Origin: Oscillospiraceae bacterium
Lineage (GTDB): Bacteria; Bacillota; Clostridia; Oscillospirales; Oscillospiraceae
Direction: 5' to 3'
Length of the DNA: 64,000 nt
Assembly: GCA_963629425.1 (NCBI GenBank)
Contig: CAVGIU010000002.1
Coordinates: forward strand, 112 to 64,111
The notes under the pieces were generated by a model. The model saw only the letters and a program-made list of their open reading frames with translations, had not been told where the DNA came from and made no database searches. Below, one piece after another: positions 25,738 through 39,004 of the stretch (position 1 is its first letter; every line of letters starts with the position of its first letter). Position numbers and translations under genes: made by a program.

Positions 25738-28074
25738 GTGAGCATTACATACGATAAGGGAGTTTTTGCGCTCAGTACCGATCGTACGAGTTACATATTC
25801 CGCGTTACGAAATTCAAGCATCTTGAGCATATCCATTACGGAGCGCCCGTTAAGGCCTCCGATGCCGAGGCTTTAAGCGTCAAGCACGATATCCAGCTCG
25901 GCAGCAGTGTGATGTACGATACCTCCGATGACCGCTATTGCCTCGATAACATCTGTCTTGAGTGGTCAGGCGTCGGCAGGGGAGACTATCGGCAGACGCC
26001 GATAGAGTTAAAAATGCCAGACGGCAGCTTTTCCTCGGACTTTTTATACGAAAGCCACGAGATAGTGCCCGGCTGTGTTCCCATGCAGAGCCTGCCGACG
26101 GCGTATGATGACGAAAACACCGCACAGACGCTTATTATCCGCATGCGCGAGCGCGACAGGTCGGTCTCTCTTACTCTTTACTATACGGTGTTCCCTGCTT
26201 CAAACGTCATATCCCGCCGCTGCGTTATAAAGAATAACTGCGAGGGCGATATCTCCCTGCGGCGCATTATGAGCATGAGCCTCGATATGCCCGATCGCGG
26301 CTTTTTGATGCACAGCTTTGACGGCGGCTGGATAAAGGAAACGCACAGGCACGTCCGTCCGGTCGAGTACGGCATATACATAAACTCATCGACCACCGGA
26401 GCCTCGTCAAACAGGCACAATCCGGGCTTTCTGCTCTCGGAAAAGCACGCAAACGAGGATCACGGTTGTGCATGGGGCTTTAATCTTGTCTACAGCGGCA
26501 ATCACTGCGGAGTTGTTGAAAAATCGAATCACGACCTTGTCCGCATCCAGCTCGGCATAAATCCGCACTGCTTTGACTGGACGCTGCACCCCGGCGAGAG
26601 CTTTGAATCTCCCGAGGCGGTTATGACCTTTTCCGCGCACGGCTTCAACGGCCTGAGCGCGAATTTCCACGATTTTGTCAACAATAACATCGTGCGCGGC
26701 AATTGGAAAAACGTCGAACGCCCGGTGCTTATAAACGACTGGGAGGCCTGTTTTTTCAAGTTTACCCGCGAAAAGCTCCTGAAGCTTGCGAAAAGAGCAA
26801 AAAGCCTCGGTGTCGAGCTTTTCGTTCTCGACGACGGCTGGTTCGGCGCACGAGACAGCGATACGGCAGGGTTGGGCGACTACGACGTGAATCTCAAAAA
26901 GCTGCCCGGCGGCCTTGGAGAATTTGCCGGCAGTATTGAAAAGCTGGGCATGAAGTTCGGCCTGTGGTTCGAGCCCGAGAGCGTGAACACAGACTCTGAG
27001 CTCTACCGCGCGCATCCCGACTGGGCGATAAAGCCGCCGTCCGGCAAGCCCTGCTTCGGCAGGAATCAGCTGCTGCTCGACCTCACGCGCGAAGAAGTGC
27101 GCGATTACATCGTAGAAAACGTCGGCAGGACGCTTGACAGCGCGAAGATAAGCTACGTCAAGTGGGATATGAACCGGCATATGTCCGATGCGTATTCACC
27201 CCTGCTTTCCAATCAGGGCGAATTTGCCCACCGATATATTATGGGGCTTTACGAGGTGCTCGGACGAATTTTCACGCCGCGGCCGCATATTCTGTTTGAA
27301 AGCTGCTCCTCCGGCGGTAACCGTTTCGATCTCGGCATGCTGTGCTATTCGCCGCAGGTCTGGGCCTCCGACGACACTGACCCCGTAGAGCGGCTTGATA
27401 TCCAGGGCGGACTATCGTATCTGTATCCGCAGTCGACCATCGGCGCGCACGTTTCGGCCGCTCCGCATCAGCAGACGCTGCGCGATACGCCCCTGTCCAC
27501 GCGATTTAACGTCGCGGCCTTCGGCGTGCTCGGCTACGAGCTCGAGCTTAAATATATGACAAATGCCGAGCTTAAGGAGCTGCGCGGACAGATAGCGTTT
27601 TATAAGGCGCATCGCCAAACGCTGCAATACGGCAAATTTTATCGCTTTGACGAGCTCAGAGACAATAAGGTACACTGGCAGGTCTCGTCAAAGGACGGAA
27701 GAGAGCACATCGTCGGCCATTTTCAGAAGCTTTGCACCGCCTCCGAGGGATATGATCTGCTTTCCGTGCACGGTCTTGAGCCGAACGCAAAGTATCATCT
27801 TGTCTGTAAACGCCAAAGCCTTTTTGTTAAGCGCCTCGGCGGCTTAGTCAAGCACGTCATGCCCGTGGAGCTTGACCCCGACGGCCTTGTGCTGCGCACG
27901 GCAAATAAGCTGTTCACCATGCCCGACGGCGCGGAGGATATCGTTGCCTCGGGCGCGGCACTCATGTCCGGTGTGGGGCTCAATAACCAGTTCCTCGGAA
28001 CGGGATATAACGAAAAGCTGCACATGTTCGGCGATTTCGGCAGCGCCCTGTACACGATAAAAAAGGAGAAATGA
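25738..28074 (+). CDS. Alpha-galactosidase, GH36
   Basis: 778 aa, GTG start. FVLDDGWF, ISYVKWDMNR and ESCSSGGNRFD are GH36 catalytic-domain blocks. Confidence 0.9.
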   Translation: MSITYDKGVFALSTDRTSYIFRVTKFKHLEHIHYGAPVKASDAEALSVKHDIQLGSSVMYDTSDDRYCLDNICLEWSGVGRGDYRQTPIELKMPDGSFSSDFLYESHEIVPGCVPMQSLPTAYDDENTAQTLIIRMRERDRSVSLTLYYTVFPASNVISRRCVIKNNCEGDISLRRIMSMSLDMPDRGFLMHSFDGGWIKETHRHVRPVEYGIYINSSTTGASSNRHNPGFLLSEKHANEDHGCAWGFNLVYSGNHCGVVEKSNHDLVRIQLGINPHCFDWTLHPGESFESPEAVMTFSAHGFNGLSANFHDFVNNNIVRGNWKNVERPVLINDWEACFFKFTREKLLKLAKRAKSLGVELFVLDDGWFGARDSDTAGLGDYDVNLKKLPGGLGEFAGSIEKLGMKFGLWFEPESVNTDSELYRAHPDWAIKPPSGKPCFGRNQLLLDLTREEVRDYIVENVGRTLDSAKISYVKWDMNRHMSDAYSPLLSNQGEFAHRYIMGLYEVLGRIFTPRPHILFESCSSGGNRFDLGMLCYSPQVWASDDTDPVERLDIQGGLSYLYPQSTIGAHVSAAPHQQTLRDTPLSTRFNVAAFGVLGYELELKYMTNAELKELRGQIAFYKAHRQTLQYGKFYRFDELRDNKVHWQVSSKDGREHIVGHFQKLCTASEGYDLLSVHGLEPNAKYHLVCKRQSLFVKRLGGLVKHVMPVELDPDGLVLRTANKLFTMPDGAEDIVASGAALMSGVGLNNQFLGTGYNEKLHMFGDFGSALYTIKKEK

Positions 28075-28075
28075 C

Positions 28076-28558
28076 ATGAAAGAGCCAAAGCTCAGCTCGT
28101 ATCAGGCGGCGGTCGAGATACTCAGCCTTGTGCTCGTTATTGCAACTGCTGTGTACATATTCGTCAGCTACGCCGCTCTGCCCGACCGGATAGCGGGTCA
28201 CTTTAACTCGGCCGGAGAGGTCACAGACTACACCGGAAAAGGCGTACTTTGGTTGCTGTTCGGCATTGAGGCGCTTATGTATGCTATGATGACGGCGTTT
28301 GCGCTTATACCAAAGCAGATCGAAAACCCCAACATGCCCTGGGATATGGACGAGCGATATAAGAAGAATATTGCCGTTGAGACCGTAAGTCTCCTCGGCG
28401 AGTGTAAGCTCATGTGCCTTGCGCTGTTTTCGTATATGTGCCGGAGCATAATATCGCAGAAGCCCATGTCGCTCGCGCCGATATTCGCCCTGTGCGTACT
28501 CATAACCGCCGACATCGTCTGGCGAACGATAAGAATCTCAAAATATAAAAAACCGTGA
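28076..28558 (+). CDS. DUF1648-type membrane protein
   Basis: 160 aa with four TM helices. LPDRIAGHFNSAGEVTDYTGKG resembles the DUF1648 N-terminal signature. Starts 2 nt after the alpha-galactosidase stop. Confidence 0.6.
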   Translation: MKEPKLSSYQAAVEILSLVLVIATAVYIFVSYAALPDRIAGHFNSAGEVTDYTGKGVLWLLFGIEALMYAMMTAFALIPKQIENPNMPWDMDERYKKNIAVETVSLLGECKLMCLALFSYMCRSIISQKPMSLAPIFALCVLITADIVWRTIRISKYKKP

Positions 28559-28580
28559 GGAATTTTCCTCACGGTTTTTG
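28553..28580. terminator. Bidirectional terminator
   Basis: CCGTGAGGAattttCCTCACGG followed by tttttgtttt. Overlaps the stop of the DUF1648 gene. Confidence 0.75.
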
Positions 28581-28582
28581 TT

Positions 28583-29479
28583 TTACAGATCGTTTTTAAG
28601 TATATCAAGCAATGTTTTCAGAGTTTCGATGGACTCGACATACGCCTTGCGGATACCGTCGATATTTCTGAGATCGGTATTCGGCGGAACATTTGAAAAC
28701 TGGTATTTGGTATTCAGAGCCGCCACAGCCTCGCCGTCCTTGAGCTTAAGGCCGCACAGCGTGCCGTCGACAGTCTTTTCAAGCTCGCTGCACAGCGTGC
28801 GCATTTCCGGGGTTACCAAAGCCGCCGCCTCGCGCCCGTCGGAGGTGCGTACCTTGAAGCGCTCTGCAAACACCGCGGGGGCGGAAACGTCACCCTTCGG
28901 GGGAGACTCCTGATAACGGTCGGTAATGCTGATATCGAGTTTTTTATCGTATATATCCGCGCAACGGATGATAACGCCGCCAAAGACGGTGACTGTCTTG
29001 GTCATCCAGTTGTCGCTATTCGGACCCGAACGCTCCTCGACGAGGTGGTCGAGCGTGACGTTTGCGACCGAAAAGCGGGTGGAATTATGCTCGCCCTCGA
29101 AGAAATTGCTGATGTCGCTGCCCTCCCAGCACTGGTCTACAAGCTCCGCGCCCTTGAGATAGCTTACATTTATGGGCATGGTCGGCTCTGCCGTTCCGGG
29201 ACCGAAGGCACTTCGCAGCTGCTCGTGGAAGAAGTCGCCGAGCTGGAGATTCAAAAGCACGTTTTTCTTCGTGTTTACGACGAAACTTATGAAGACCAGC
29301 ACGATAACGCCCGCGAAAAACAGTCCGGCAAAGATCCAAAGATTATGCTCAACGATGGCGATAACGCCGCCCGCCGCAATGAGGATAAGGCCGAGAACTG
29401 TGCCTATGCGCTCTATAGTCTGGTATGTGCCGAGCCTTCTTGACAGCTCGGCATCGCTCATCTTTTCAGCTCCGGCCAT
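28583..29479 (-). CDS. Two-TM membrane protein of unknown function
   Basis: 298 aa. Two N-terminal TM helices followed by a soluble domain. Its start lies 1 nt after the stop of the upstream lipoprotein gene. Confidence 0.55.
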   Translation of the reverse strand: MAGAEKMSDAELSRRLGTYQTIERIGTVLGLILIAAGGVIAIVEHNLWIFAGLFFAGVIVLVFISFVVNTKKNVLLNLQLGDFFHEQLRSAFGPGTAEPTMPINVSYLKGAELVDQCWEGSDISNFFEGEHNSTRFSVANVTLDHLVEERSGPNSDNWMTKTVTVFGGVIIRCADIYDKKLDISITDRYQESPPKGDVSAPAVFAERFKVRTSDGREAAALVTPEMRTLCSELEKTVDGTLCGLKLKDGEAVAALNTKYQFSNVPPNTDLRNIDGIRKAYVESIETLKTLLDILKNDL

Positions 29480-29480
29480 A

Positions 29481-30200
29481 TCAGTCGAGCCTCATATAGC
29501 AGTCATACTCGCCGCCCCAGTACAGCGTGTCGTCGTCGGCAACGGCGATGTCGTAGGCGACATCGTCAAGCTGCTCGGAAACGGCGGAGTATGCGTCGTC
29601 GCCGATGAGCTTTATGCTGCCGCTGTCGATAAGCGAGGTGCTGCCGTTATTATCCTCATAAAGCACCCACTTGCCGTCCATGCCGATTTGAAGGCAGCTC
29701 GAGGCGTTTGCGTCGCCGTCCGGATACCACATTCCGGCAAGCTCCTTCACATCGTCGTCGATATCGTCATCGTCATCGGCTTCCTTTGTAAACTCGCCCA
29801 GACTGTACACATTCAGAGTGCCGTCGTCGGCAAACCAGCAGTGATACGCCATGCCGTCATGCTCGTTGCAGAAGTAGTCGGCGCTGTATTCGGGAGAGGT
29901 CTGGATAAAGCCGCTGGCCTCGATGCTGTCGCTGCTGTCATAGAGAACAAAGCGCAGCTCCTGTCCGTCGTCGCTCAGCTCTATCTCGAGTTCGCGCTGC
30001 GAGCTGTCCTCCCAGTCGCCGCTGTACATGCCTCTGCTTGCCATGTATGCGGAGTCCTTGACCATGCCCTCAAAGGTATCCGGTGTACCGCCGGAGATGT
30101 CATTGTCATTGACGCCGTTATCGCTGCCGCCGCACGCGGCAAGGCTCAGGCACATAAGCAGCGCCAGAACGAGTGCGGCAATGTTTCTGTATTTATTCAT
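29481..30200 (-). CDS. Acidic lipoprotein of unknown function
   Basis: 239 aa. Lipobox ALLMCLSLAAC. Asp-rich segment ADDDDDIDDDV. Confidence 0.6.
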   Translation of the reverse strand: MNKYRNIAALVLALLMCLSLAACGGSDNGVNDNDISGGTPDTFEGMVKDSAYMASRGMYSGDWEDSSQRELEIELSDDGQELRFVLYDSSDSIEASGFIQTSPEYSADYFCNEHDGMAYHCWFADDGTLNVYSLGEFTKEADDDDDIDDDVKELAGMWYPDGDANASSCLQIGMDGKWVLYEDNNGSTSLIDSGSIKLIGDDAYSAVSEQLDDVAYDIAVADDDTLYWGGEYDCYMRLD

Positions 30201-30273
30201 TGTGTCGCCTCCTTATAAAATATATGCATGATAATTATATATTGTCTTCGGTGCATTTGCAAGCAAATATAAC

Positions 30274-30304
30274 AAAAAAGTCCTCCTGCAGGAGGGCTTT
30301 TTTG
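30274..30304 (-). terminator. Terminator after the FMN-enzyme gene
   Basis: On the minus strand: aaaaaaGCCCTCCtgcaGGAGGACtttttt. Confidence 0.7.
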
Positions 30305-30442
30305 TTGACTATTCATGAATTTTGCCGCTGCCGATTGCCGACAGAGCCTTTTCGATCATGCCCGCATGGGCAAGCTCACCGAGCCGTGCTGCCGTCAGGC
30401 AGCATTTTAATATGCATTTTAAGGATCAATACCGTATGCCTC

Positions 30443-31462
30443 TCAGGGAATGAAAATGTTGTCCTCGCCGATATCGGCCAGCGTGGGAGTGCCGCACATG
30501 TTCATCGTGTCGCGCAGCTGGGAGGTTATCCTGTCCATGTAGACCTTGAAGCCCTCCGCACCCTCGGCGTAGATGAAGGGAACGACGGGGCGGCCGATGA
30601 GCACGCCGTCCGCGCCCAAAGCTATGGCCTTGAATACGTCAACGCCGCTGCGGATGCCGCCGTCGACAAAGATCTTGACCTTGCCCTTGACGGCCTTTGC
30701 GATGGAAGGCAGAACCTCGGCTGTTGCCGGAGTGCAGCCCTGAACTCTGCCGCCGTGGTTGGATACGACGATCGCGCTCGCACCGGCCTCGACGGCCTTC
30801 TCCGCGCCCTTGACGGTCATGATGCCCTTGATGATAAACGGCATGTTCGCGTAGGAAATGATCTCGCGCATCTCGTCAACGGACTTCGAGCCCGCGCTGG
30901 GGCCGAGCTTCTTGAGGAAGGGCAGACCCGCGCCGTCAACGTCCATTGCGACGGCAAATATATTGTGAGACTTCACATAGTCGAGCTTTTCAAAAACAAT
31001 ATCCTTGCTCCAGGGCTTTATCGTCGGGATACCGACGCCGCCGATCTTGGCCATCTCGTCGACCGCGTCGGGGATGAGCTCTTTAAATTCACCATCGCCG
31101 GTCATAGCGCAGATGCCGTAATCGGCCGCGGCGTTGACGAGCGTGCGGTTATAGGTCACGTCATCATATTTATCGCCGTAGTGCAGGGGAAGAGCGCCGA
31201 GGGGGGCGATGAAAACAGGGGCGGAGAAGGTTCTGCCGAAGAGCTCAAAGGACGTATCGGCCTCCGCATTTGGGCACAGCGTGTCCATATTGACGAATAT
31301 CTCCTGCCACTTGTCATAGTTGCGCGCGGCGGTGTTGCCGGGGATCTTGCTGCCGGGGCCGGGAACGCAGTTGCCGCAGGCTCTGCCGTTGCAGACGGGG
31401 CATGCCTTGCAGTACGGACCCATCAGACCCGCTGCCTTCTTGAGAATTTCGTTGTAATCCAT
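30443..31462 (-). CDS. FMN-dependent alpha-hydroxy-acid oxidase/dehydrogenase-family TIM-barrel protein with a Cys-rich N-terminal extension
   Basis: 339 aa. IIKGIMT, VVSNHGGRV, VDGGIRSG and GADGVLIGRP. N-terminus CKACPVCNGRACGNC. Confidence 0.8.
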   Translation of the reverse strand: MDYNEILKKAAGLMGPYCKACPVCNGRACGNCVPGPGSKIPGNTAARNYDKWQEIFVNMDTLCPNAEADTSFELFGRTFSAPVFIAPLGALPLHYGDKYDDVTYNRTLVNAAADYGICAMTGDGEFKELIPDAVDEMAKIGGVGIPTIKPWSKDIVFEKLDYVKSHNIFAVAMDVDGAGLPFLKKLGPSAGSKSVDEMREIISYANMPFIIKGIMTVKGAEKAVEAGASAIVVSNHGGRVQGCTPATAEVLPSIAKAVKGKVKIFVDGGIRSGVDVFKAIALGADGVLIGRPVVPFIYAEGAEGFKVYMDRITSQLRDTMNMCGTPTLADIGEDNIFIP

Positions 31463-31503
31463 GATTGTACCTCCTGTGTATGTTTTGCTTTATATTTATC
31501 TTA

Positions 31504-32385
31504 TCAGACGCCGGTCAGATCAAAGTCCGGTATCATGTCGTCTGTTGCTGAGCAGGGCTCCTGCCAGAAGCCGTTATATATGCCTCGCTGCGTCATATAG
31601 TCCACAAGTGCGTCGTTTACCTCCGCAGTGACGGTTTTCTGAAGCTCGGGGAAGCGCTCTGTGTTCGGCATTGGCGTATACTGCGCCATGAGAGAAAACA
31701 GTATATCGTCACCGGGGAAATTATCGGCAACGAAATCTATCACCGCACGGCTGTTATCCTCGGCCCCGGGCAAAATGAGGTGGCGGATAAGAACGCCGGA
31801 GCGCAGCATATCCTCCCCGTCGAGCTCAAACGGCCCGACCTGCCGGAACATTTCGAATATCGCCGCCCGCGCGACGTCGGGGTAATCGGGCGCTGCCGAG
31901 TAGCGAGAAGCCAAATCCGAGTCTGCATATTTAAAGTCCGGCATGTATATCTGAACGAGACCTTCGAGCTTTTTAAGGCTCTCAACGCTTTCATAGCCCG
32001 AGCTGTTCCACGCGACGGGGATATCGAGCTTTGCCCTTTCAAGCGCCTTTACTATCGCATCGGTGTAGTGCGTCGGCGTTACGAGGTTTATGTTGTGAAC
32101 GCCCTTATCCCGAAGCTCAAGGAATATATCCGAAAGCCGCTCGACAGTGATCGTCTTGCCGAGCTTTGCGCGGCTTATCTCATGGTTCTGGCAGAACACG
32201 CATTTGAGATTGCAGCCGGAGAAAAACACCGTTCCGCTGCCGCGAGAACCGCTTATGCACGGCTCCTCGCCGTAGTGCGGCGCGGCGCGGGCGACGAGCG
32301 GCAGGGAGGGGCAGGCGCAGATTCCGCCGGGGGCATATTCGGTTCTTTCTGCGCCGCAGCGGCGCGGACATGCGTTGCAGATCAT
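31504..32385 (-). CDS. Radical SAM protein, PflX/YjjW-like putative activase
   Basis: About 293 aa from MICNACPRRC. CNLKCVFCQN is the CxxxCxxC cluster motif, and there is an extra N-terminal Cys cluster. 41 nt upstream of the FMN-enzyme gene on the same strand. Confidence 0.85.
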   Translation of the reverse strand: MICNACPRRCGAERTEYAPGGICACPSLPLVARAAPHYGEEPCISGSRGSGTVFFSGCNLKCVFCQNHEISRAKLGKTITVERLSDIFLELRDKGVHNINLVTPTHYTDAIVKALERAKLDIPVAWNSSGYESVESLKKLEGLVQIYMPDFKYADSDLASRYSAAPDYPDVARAAIFEMFRQVGPFELDGEDMLRSGVLIRHLILPGAEDNSRAVIDFVADNFPGDDILFSLMAQYTPMPNTERFPELQKTVTAEVNDALVDYMTQRGIYNGFWQEPCSATDDMIPDFDLTGV

Positions 32386-32577
32386 TTTTTGCCTCTGAAC
32401 AGTAAATTGAGATGTGCACATTGTCGGTTTGACATGCATTTGCGGCGCTTGCCGGAGATGGAAGTTGTCAAAATTGCAACAAATCCAAAAAACTTAAAAA
32501 AAGTTCATCTTTTTCGGGGAAAATGTGCTAATATATACGTGTAAAACAGATATTTGATAACGAAACGGGATAAGATA

Positions 32578-33066
32578 ATGCTGAATATAGTTCTCCTTGA
32601 GCCGGAAATACCGCATAACACGGGAGCGATAGCGCGTACCTGCGCGGCGACCGGCGCAAGGCTTCACCTTATAAAGCCGCTCGGCTTTGATATTTCCGAT
32701 AAGGCAGTCAAGCGCTGCGGCCTTGATTACTGGCACCTTGTCGATATAAGCGTATACGAAAACCTTGATGAGTACCTCGAAAGAAATGGCGACGAAAACC
32801 TGTGGCTTGCAACGACCAAAGCGCCGCATGCGTACTTTGAGGCCGATTTTTCGACCGAAACGGTCAGCATCATGCTCGGCAAGGAAACGGCCGGGCTTCC
32901 CGAGGAGCTTCGCATGCGCTACCGAGACCACTGCATACGCATCCCGATGATAAGCGAGGCTCGAAGCCTCAATCTTTCAAACTCGGCCGCCATTTTGGCC
33001 TATGAAGCGCTCCGTCAGCAGGGCTTTCCGGGGCTTAAAGACATAGGATCCATGGTCGAATCATAA
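32578..33066 (+). CDS. trmL: tRNA (cytidine/uridine-2'-O)-methyltransferase TrmL (SpoU class)
   Basis: 162 aa from MLNIVLLEPEIPHNTGAIARTC. SLNLSNSAAILAYE is SPOUT knot motif 3. Confidence 0.88.
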   Translation: MLNIVLLEPEIPHNTGAIARTCAATGARLHLIKPLGFDISDKAVKRCGLDYWHLVDISVYENLDEYLERNGDENLWLATTKAPHAYFEADFSTETVSIMLGKETAGLPEELRMRYRDHCIRIPMISEARSLNLSNSAAILAYEALRQQGFPGLKDIGSMVES

Positions 33067-33126
33067 CAGTTATCTATTAATTTTTCAATACCGTGTCGGA
33101 ATTTTCCGACGGAAAGGAGCTTTATC

Positions 33127-34320
33127 ATGAATTATAACAAGAAAAGCGTGCTCGATGCGGATGTTAAAGGAAAGAAGGTACTTCTTCGCTGCGATTTTAA
33201 CGTCCCCCAGAACAAGGAGACAGGCGAGATAACGAGCGATAAGCGCATCGTCGCCGCGCTGCCGACCATAAAATATCTGCTGGATAACGGCGCTGCCGTC
33301 ATAGCCTGCTCCCACCTTGGCAAGCCCAAGGGCGAGTGGAAGGAAAAGCTCACGCTCGCGCCCGTTGCAAAGCGGCTTTCCGAGCTTCTCGGTATTGAGG
33401 TCATCTTCGCAAAGGACATCATCGGAGAGGACGCACAGGCAAAGGCCGCAGCGCTTAAGCCCGGTCAGTTGATGCTGCTTGAAAATCTCCGCTTTGATAT
33501 CCGTGAGGAGAAAAACGGCGATGATTTTGCAAAGGCACTCAGCGATATGGCGCAGCTTTACGTCTCCGACGCGTTCGGCACGGTGCACCGCGCCCACGCC
33601 TCCACTGCTGGCGTTGCAAAGTATCTGCCCGCATATGCCGGCCTTCTCGTCGAGAAGGAGCTGTCTGTCATGGGTAAGGCACTGGATGATCCCGCGCGCC
33701 CCTTTGTCGCTGTCCTCGGCGGCGCTAAGGTCTCCGACAAGATCGGCGTCATAAACAACCTGCTCGACAAGGCCGATACCGTTATCATCGGCGGCGGCAT
33801 GGCCTATACTTTCATAAAGGCAATGGGTCACGGCATCGGCAACTCCCTGCTCGAGGCCGATAAGCTCGACTACGCGCAGGAGATGATAGAAAAGGCAAAG
33901 GAAAAGCAGGTTCAGCTTCTTTTGCCTGTCGATACCGCCATCGGCAATGAATTCAAGGCCGACTGCGAGAAAAAAATCGTTCCCGTCGACGCTATCCCCG
34001 ACGGATGGATGGGTCTCGATATAGGTCCCGAGACGGTGAAGCTCTTCTCGGATGCCATCAAAAACGCAAAGACCGTCGTCTGGAACGGCCCCATGGGCGT
34101 TTTCGAATTTGAAGCCTTCGCAGAGGGCACCAAGGCTGTCGCAAAGGCGCTGGCGGAGTCCGGCGCAGTTACCATCGTCGGCGGCGGTGACAGTGCGGCT
34201 GCCGTTGAGCAGCTCGGCTTTGCCGATAAAATGACCCACATCTCCACCGGCGGCGGTGCCTCTCTCGAATTCCTCGAAGGCCGCGAGCTCCCCGGCGTTG
34301 CATGTCTGCTGGATAAATAA
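33127..34320 (+). CDS. pgk: Phosphoglycerate kinase
   Basis: 397 aa. [23 protein letters not shown] and STGGGASLE. Confidence 0.96.
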   Translation: MNYNKKSVLDADVKGKKVLLRCDFNVPQNKETGEITSDKRIVAALPTIKYLLDNGAAVIACSHLGKPKGEWKEKLTLAPVAKRLSELLGIEVIFAKDIIGEDAQAKAAALKPGQLMLLENLRFDIREEKNGDDFAKALSDMAQLYVSDAFGTVHRAHASTAGVAKYLPAYAGLLVEKELSVMGKALDDPARPFVAVLGGAKVSDKIGVINNLLDKADTVIIGGGMAYTFIKAMGHGIGNSLLEADKLDYAQEMIEKAKEKQVQLLLPVDTAIGNEFKADCEKKIVPVDAIPDGWMGLDIGPETVKLFSDAIKNAKTVVWNGPMGVFEFEAFAEGTKAVAKALAESGAVTIVGGGDSAAAVEQLGFADKMTHISTGGGASLEFLEGRELPGVACLLDK

Positions 34321-34346
34321 AAAAACAATTACAGGAGGCAAGGATC

Positions 34347-35118
34347 ATGAATACAAAATACAGAAGAACGATAATAGCGGGCAACTGGAAAATGAACATG
34401 TGCGTTTCTGACGTTAAGCCCTTCATCGAGGAACTCAAGCCTCTCATGCCCAAAACAAAAAGCTGCGAGACGGTGCTGTGCGTTCCGGCGGTGAACATTC
34501 CCGCGATGATAAAGGCCGGAAAAGAGGCCAAGGTCATCACCGGTGCTCAGGACGTTTCAAAGTTCGATAAGGGCGCGTACACGGGCGAGATCTCCGCGTC
34601 ACAGCTCGCCGATGCCGGAGTCAAGTACTGCATCGTCGGCCACTCCGAGCGCCGCCAGTATCACGGCGAGGACGATCTTCTCGTAAACGCCAAGGTTCAC
34701 GCTCTCCTTGAGAAGGGGATAATCCCGATCATCTGCGTGGGTGAGAGCCTTGAGCAGCGCGAGATGGGGCTGACTATGCCGCATATAAATTATCAGGTGC
34801 GTGCGGCGCTGTGCGGTGTCGATGCCGCGACCCTGCGCCGCTGCGTTATCGCATATGAGCCCATTTGGGCTATCGGCACGGGCAAGACCGCGACCAGCGA
34901 GCAGGCCGAGGAGGTCTGCCGCGAGATCCGCGCGATAATCCGCGACATATACGGCGCACGTGCGGCGCGCAGCGTCAGCATTCTCTACGGCGGCAGCATG
35001 AATGCAAAGAACGCGGCAGAGCTTCTGGCTCAGCCGGACGTTGACGGCGGCCTCATCGGCGGTGCGTCGCTCAAGCCCGCGGACTTTGCGGCCATCATTG
35101 CCGCGACGGGGGCAGCCG

Positions 35119-35126
<8 letters not shown>
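34347..35126 (+). CDS. tpiA: Triosephosphate isomerase
   Basis: 259 aa. AGNWKMN, VGHSERR and AYEPIWAIGTG. Confidence 0.96.
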
Positions 35127-37943
<2,817 letters not shown>

Positions 37944-37956
37944 TCAAAATATCACG

Positions 37957-37992
37957 GTGCCCGGAAGCTATCAGGCTTCCGGGCACTTTTTT
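37957..37992 (+). terminator. Rho-independent terminator of the glycolytic operon
   Basis: GTGCCCGGAAGCtatcagGCTTCCGGGCAC followed by tttttt. Confidence 0.85.
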
Positions 37993-38054
37993 GTTGCGCC
38001 GCGCTTTTTCACATGCTACAATATTTATACAAACCACAAAGGAGAGCACGGATC

Positions 38055-38975
38055 ATGAAGGATATCGCAAAAAGCTGCAAGGTCGCGCTCGTGCAGGCAG
38101 AGCCATGCATGTTCGATAAGAAGGCCTCGCTTGAAAAAACGCTTAAATATATTGAAGAGGCTGCGCTTAAAAAACCCGATCTCATCGTCTTTCCGGAGCT
38201 TTTCATCCCAGGCTACCCCATCGGGATGAACTTCGGCTTCAGCATGGGAAAGCGCACCGAACCCGGAAGGGAGGACTGGAAGCGCTACTATGACGCGTCG
38301 ATCGTCGTAGGCGATGCGGATTTTAACGCACTTGCCGAGGCCGCCGTGCGCGTCGGAGCATATGTAAGCATCGGATTTTCCGAGCGCGATGCAGTTAGCG
38401 GAACGCTTTATAACAGCAACGTCATCTTCGAGCCCGACGGCTCCTATAAAGTCCACCGCAAGCTCAAGCCAACGGGAGCCGAGCGCGTCGTCTGGGGCGA
38501 TGCGAATAAGGACTATTTCCCCGTGACGGAAACGCCGTGGGGTCCGATCGGAAGCCTCATCTGCTGGGAAAGCTACATGCCGCTTGCGCGCGTTGCCCTG
38601 TATCAGAAGGGCATAACGATATATATTTCGCCCAATACCAACGACAATCCCGAGTGGCAGGCGACGATTCAGCACATCGCCATCGAGGGAAAATGCTATT
38701 TCATAAACTCCGATATGATAGTGCGGAAAAGCTCGTATCCCGCAGATCTCAACGAAAAGGAGGCCGTCGAGCGACAGCCGGATATGGTCTGCCGCGGCGG
38801 AAGCTGCATCATTGACCCCTACGGACACTATCTCACTCAGCCTGTCTGGGATGAGGAGACGATAATCTATGCCGAGCTCGACATGGAGCTTCCGGCAGCC
38901 TGCAAAATGGAGCACGACGCAGTCGGGCACTACGCGCGCCCCGATGTGCTGGAGCTGACAGTTCACGAGAAATAA
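38055..38975 (+). CDS. Carbon-nitrogen hydrolase (nitrilase-branch)
   Basis: 306 aa from MKDIAKSCKVALVQ. The Glu-Lys-Cys triad contexts are FPELF, HRKLKPT and LICWESYMP. Confidence 0.85.
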   Translation: MKDIAKSCKVALVQAEPCMFDKKASLEKTLKYIEEAALKKPDLIVFPELFIPGYPIGMNFGFSMGKRTEPGREDWKRYYDASIVVGDADFNALAEAAVRVGAYVSIGFSERDAVSGTLYNSNVIFEPDGSYKVHRKLKPTGAERVVWGDANKDYFPVTETPWGPIGSLICWESYMPLARVALYQKGITIYISPNTNDNPEWQATIQHIAIEGKCYFINSDMIVRKSSYPADLNEKEAVERQPDMVCRGGSCIIDPYGHYLTQPVWDEETIIYAELDMELPAACKMEHDAVGHYARPDVLELTVHEK

Positions 38976-39004
38976 GCGCCCCCATCGAAAAGGAGGCAAA
39001 ACGG

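Noticed and set aside
30173-31600. 475-aa ORF antisense to the FMN-dependent enzyme gene, with the similar case 29172-30218
   Set aside because: These are mirror ORFs of well-supported minus-strand genes. No RBS and no recognisable domains.
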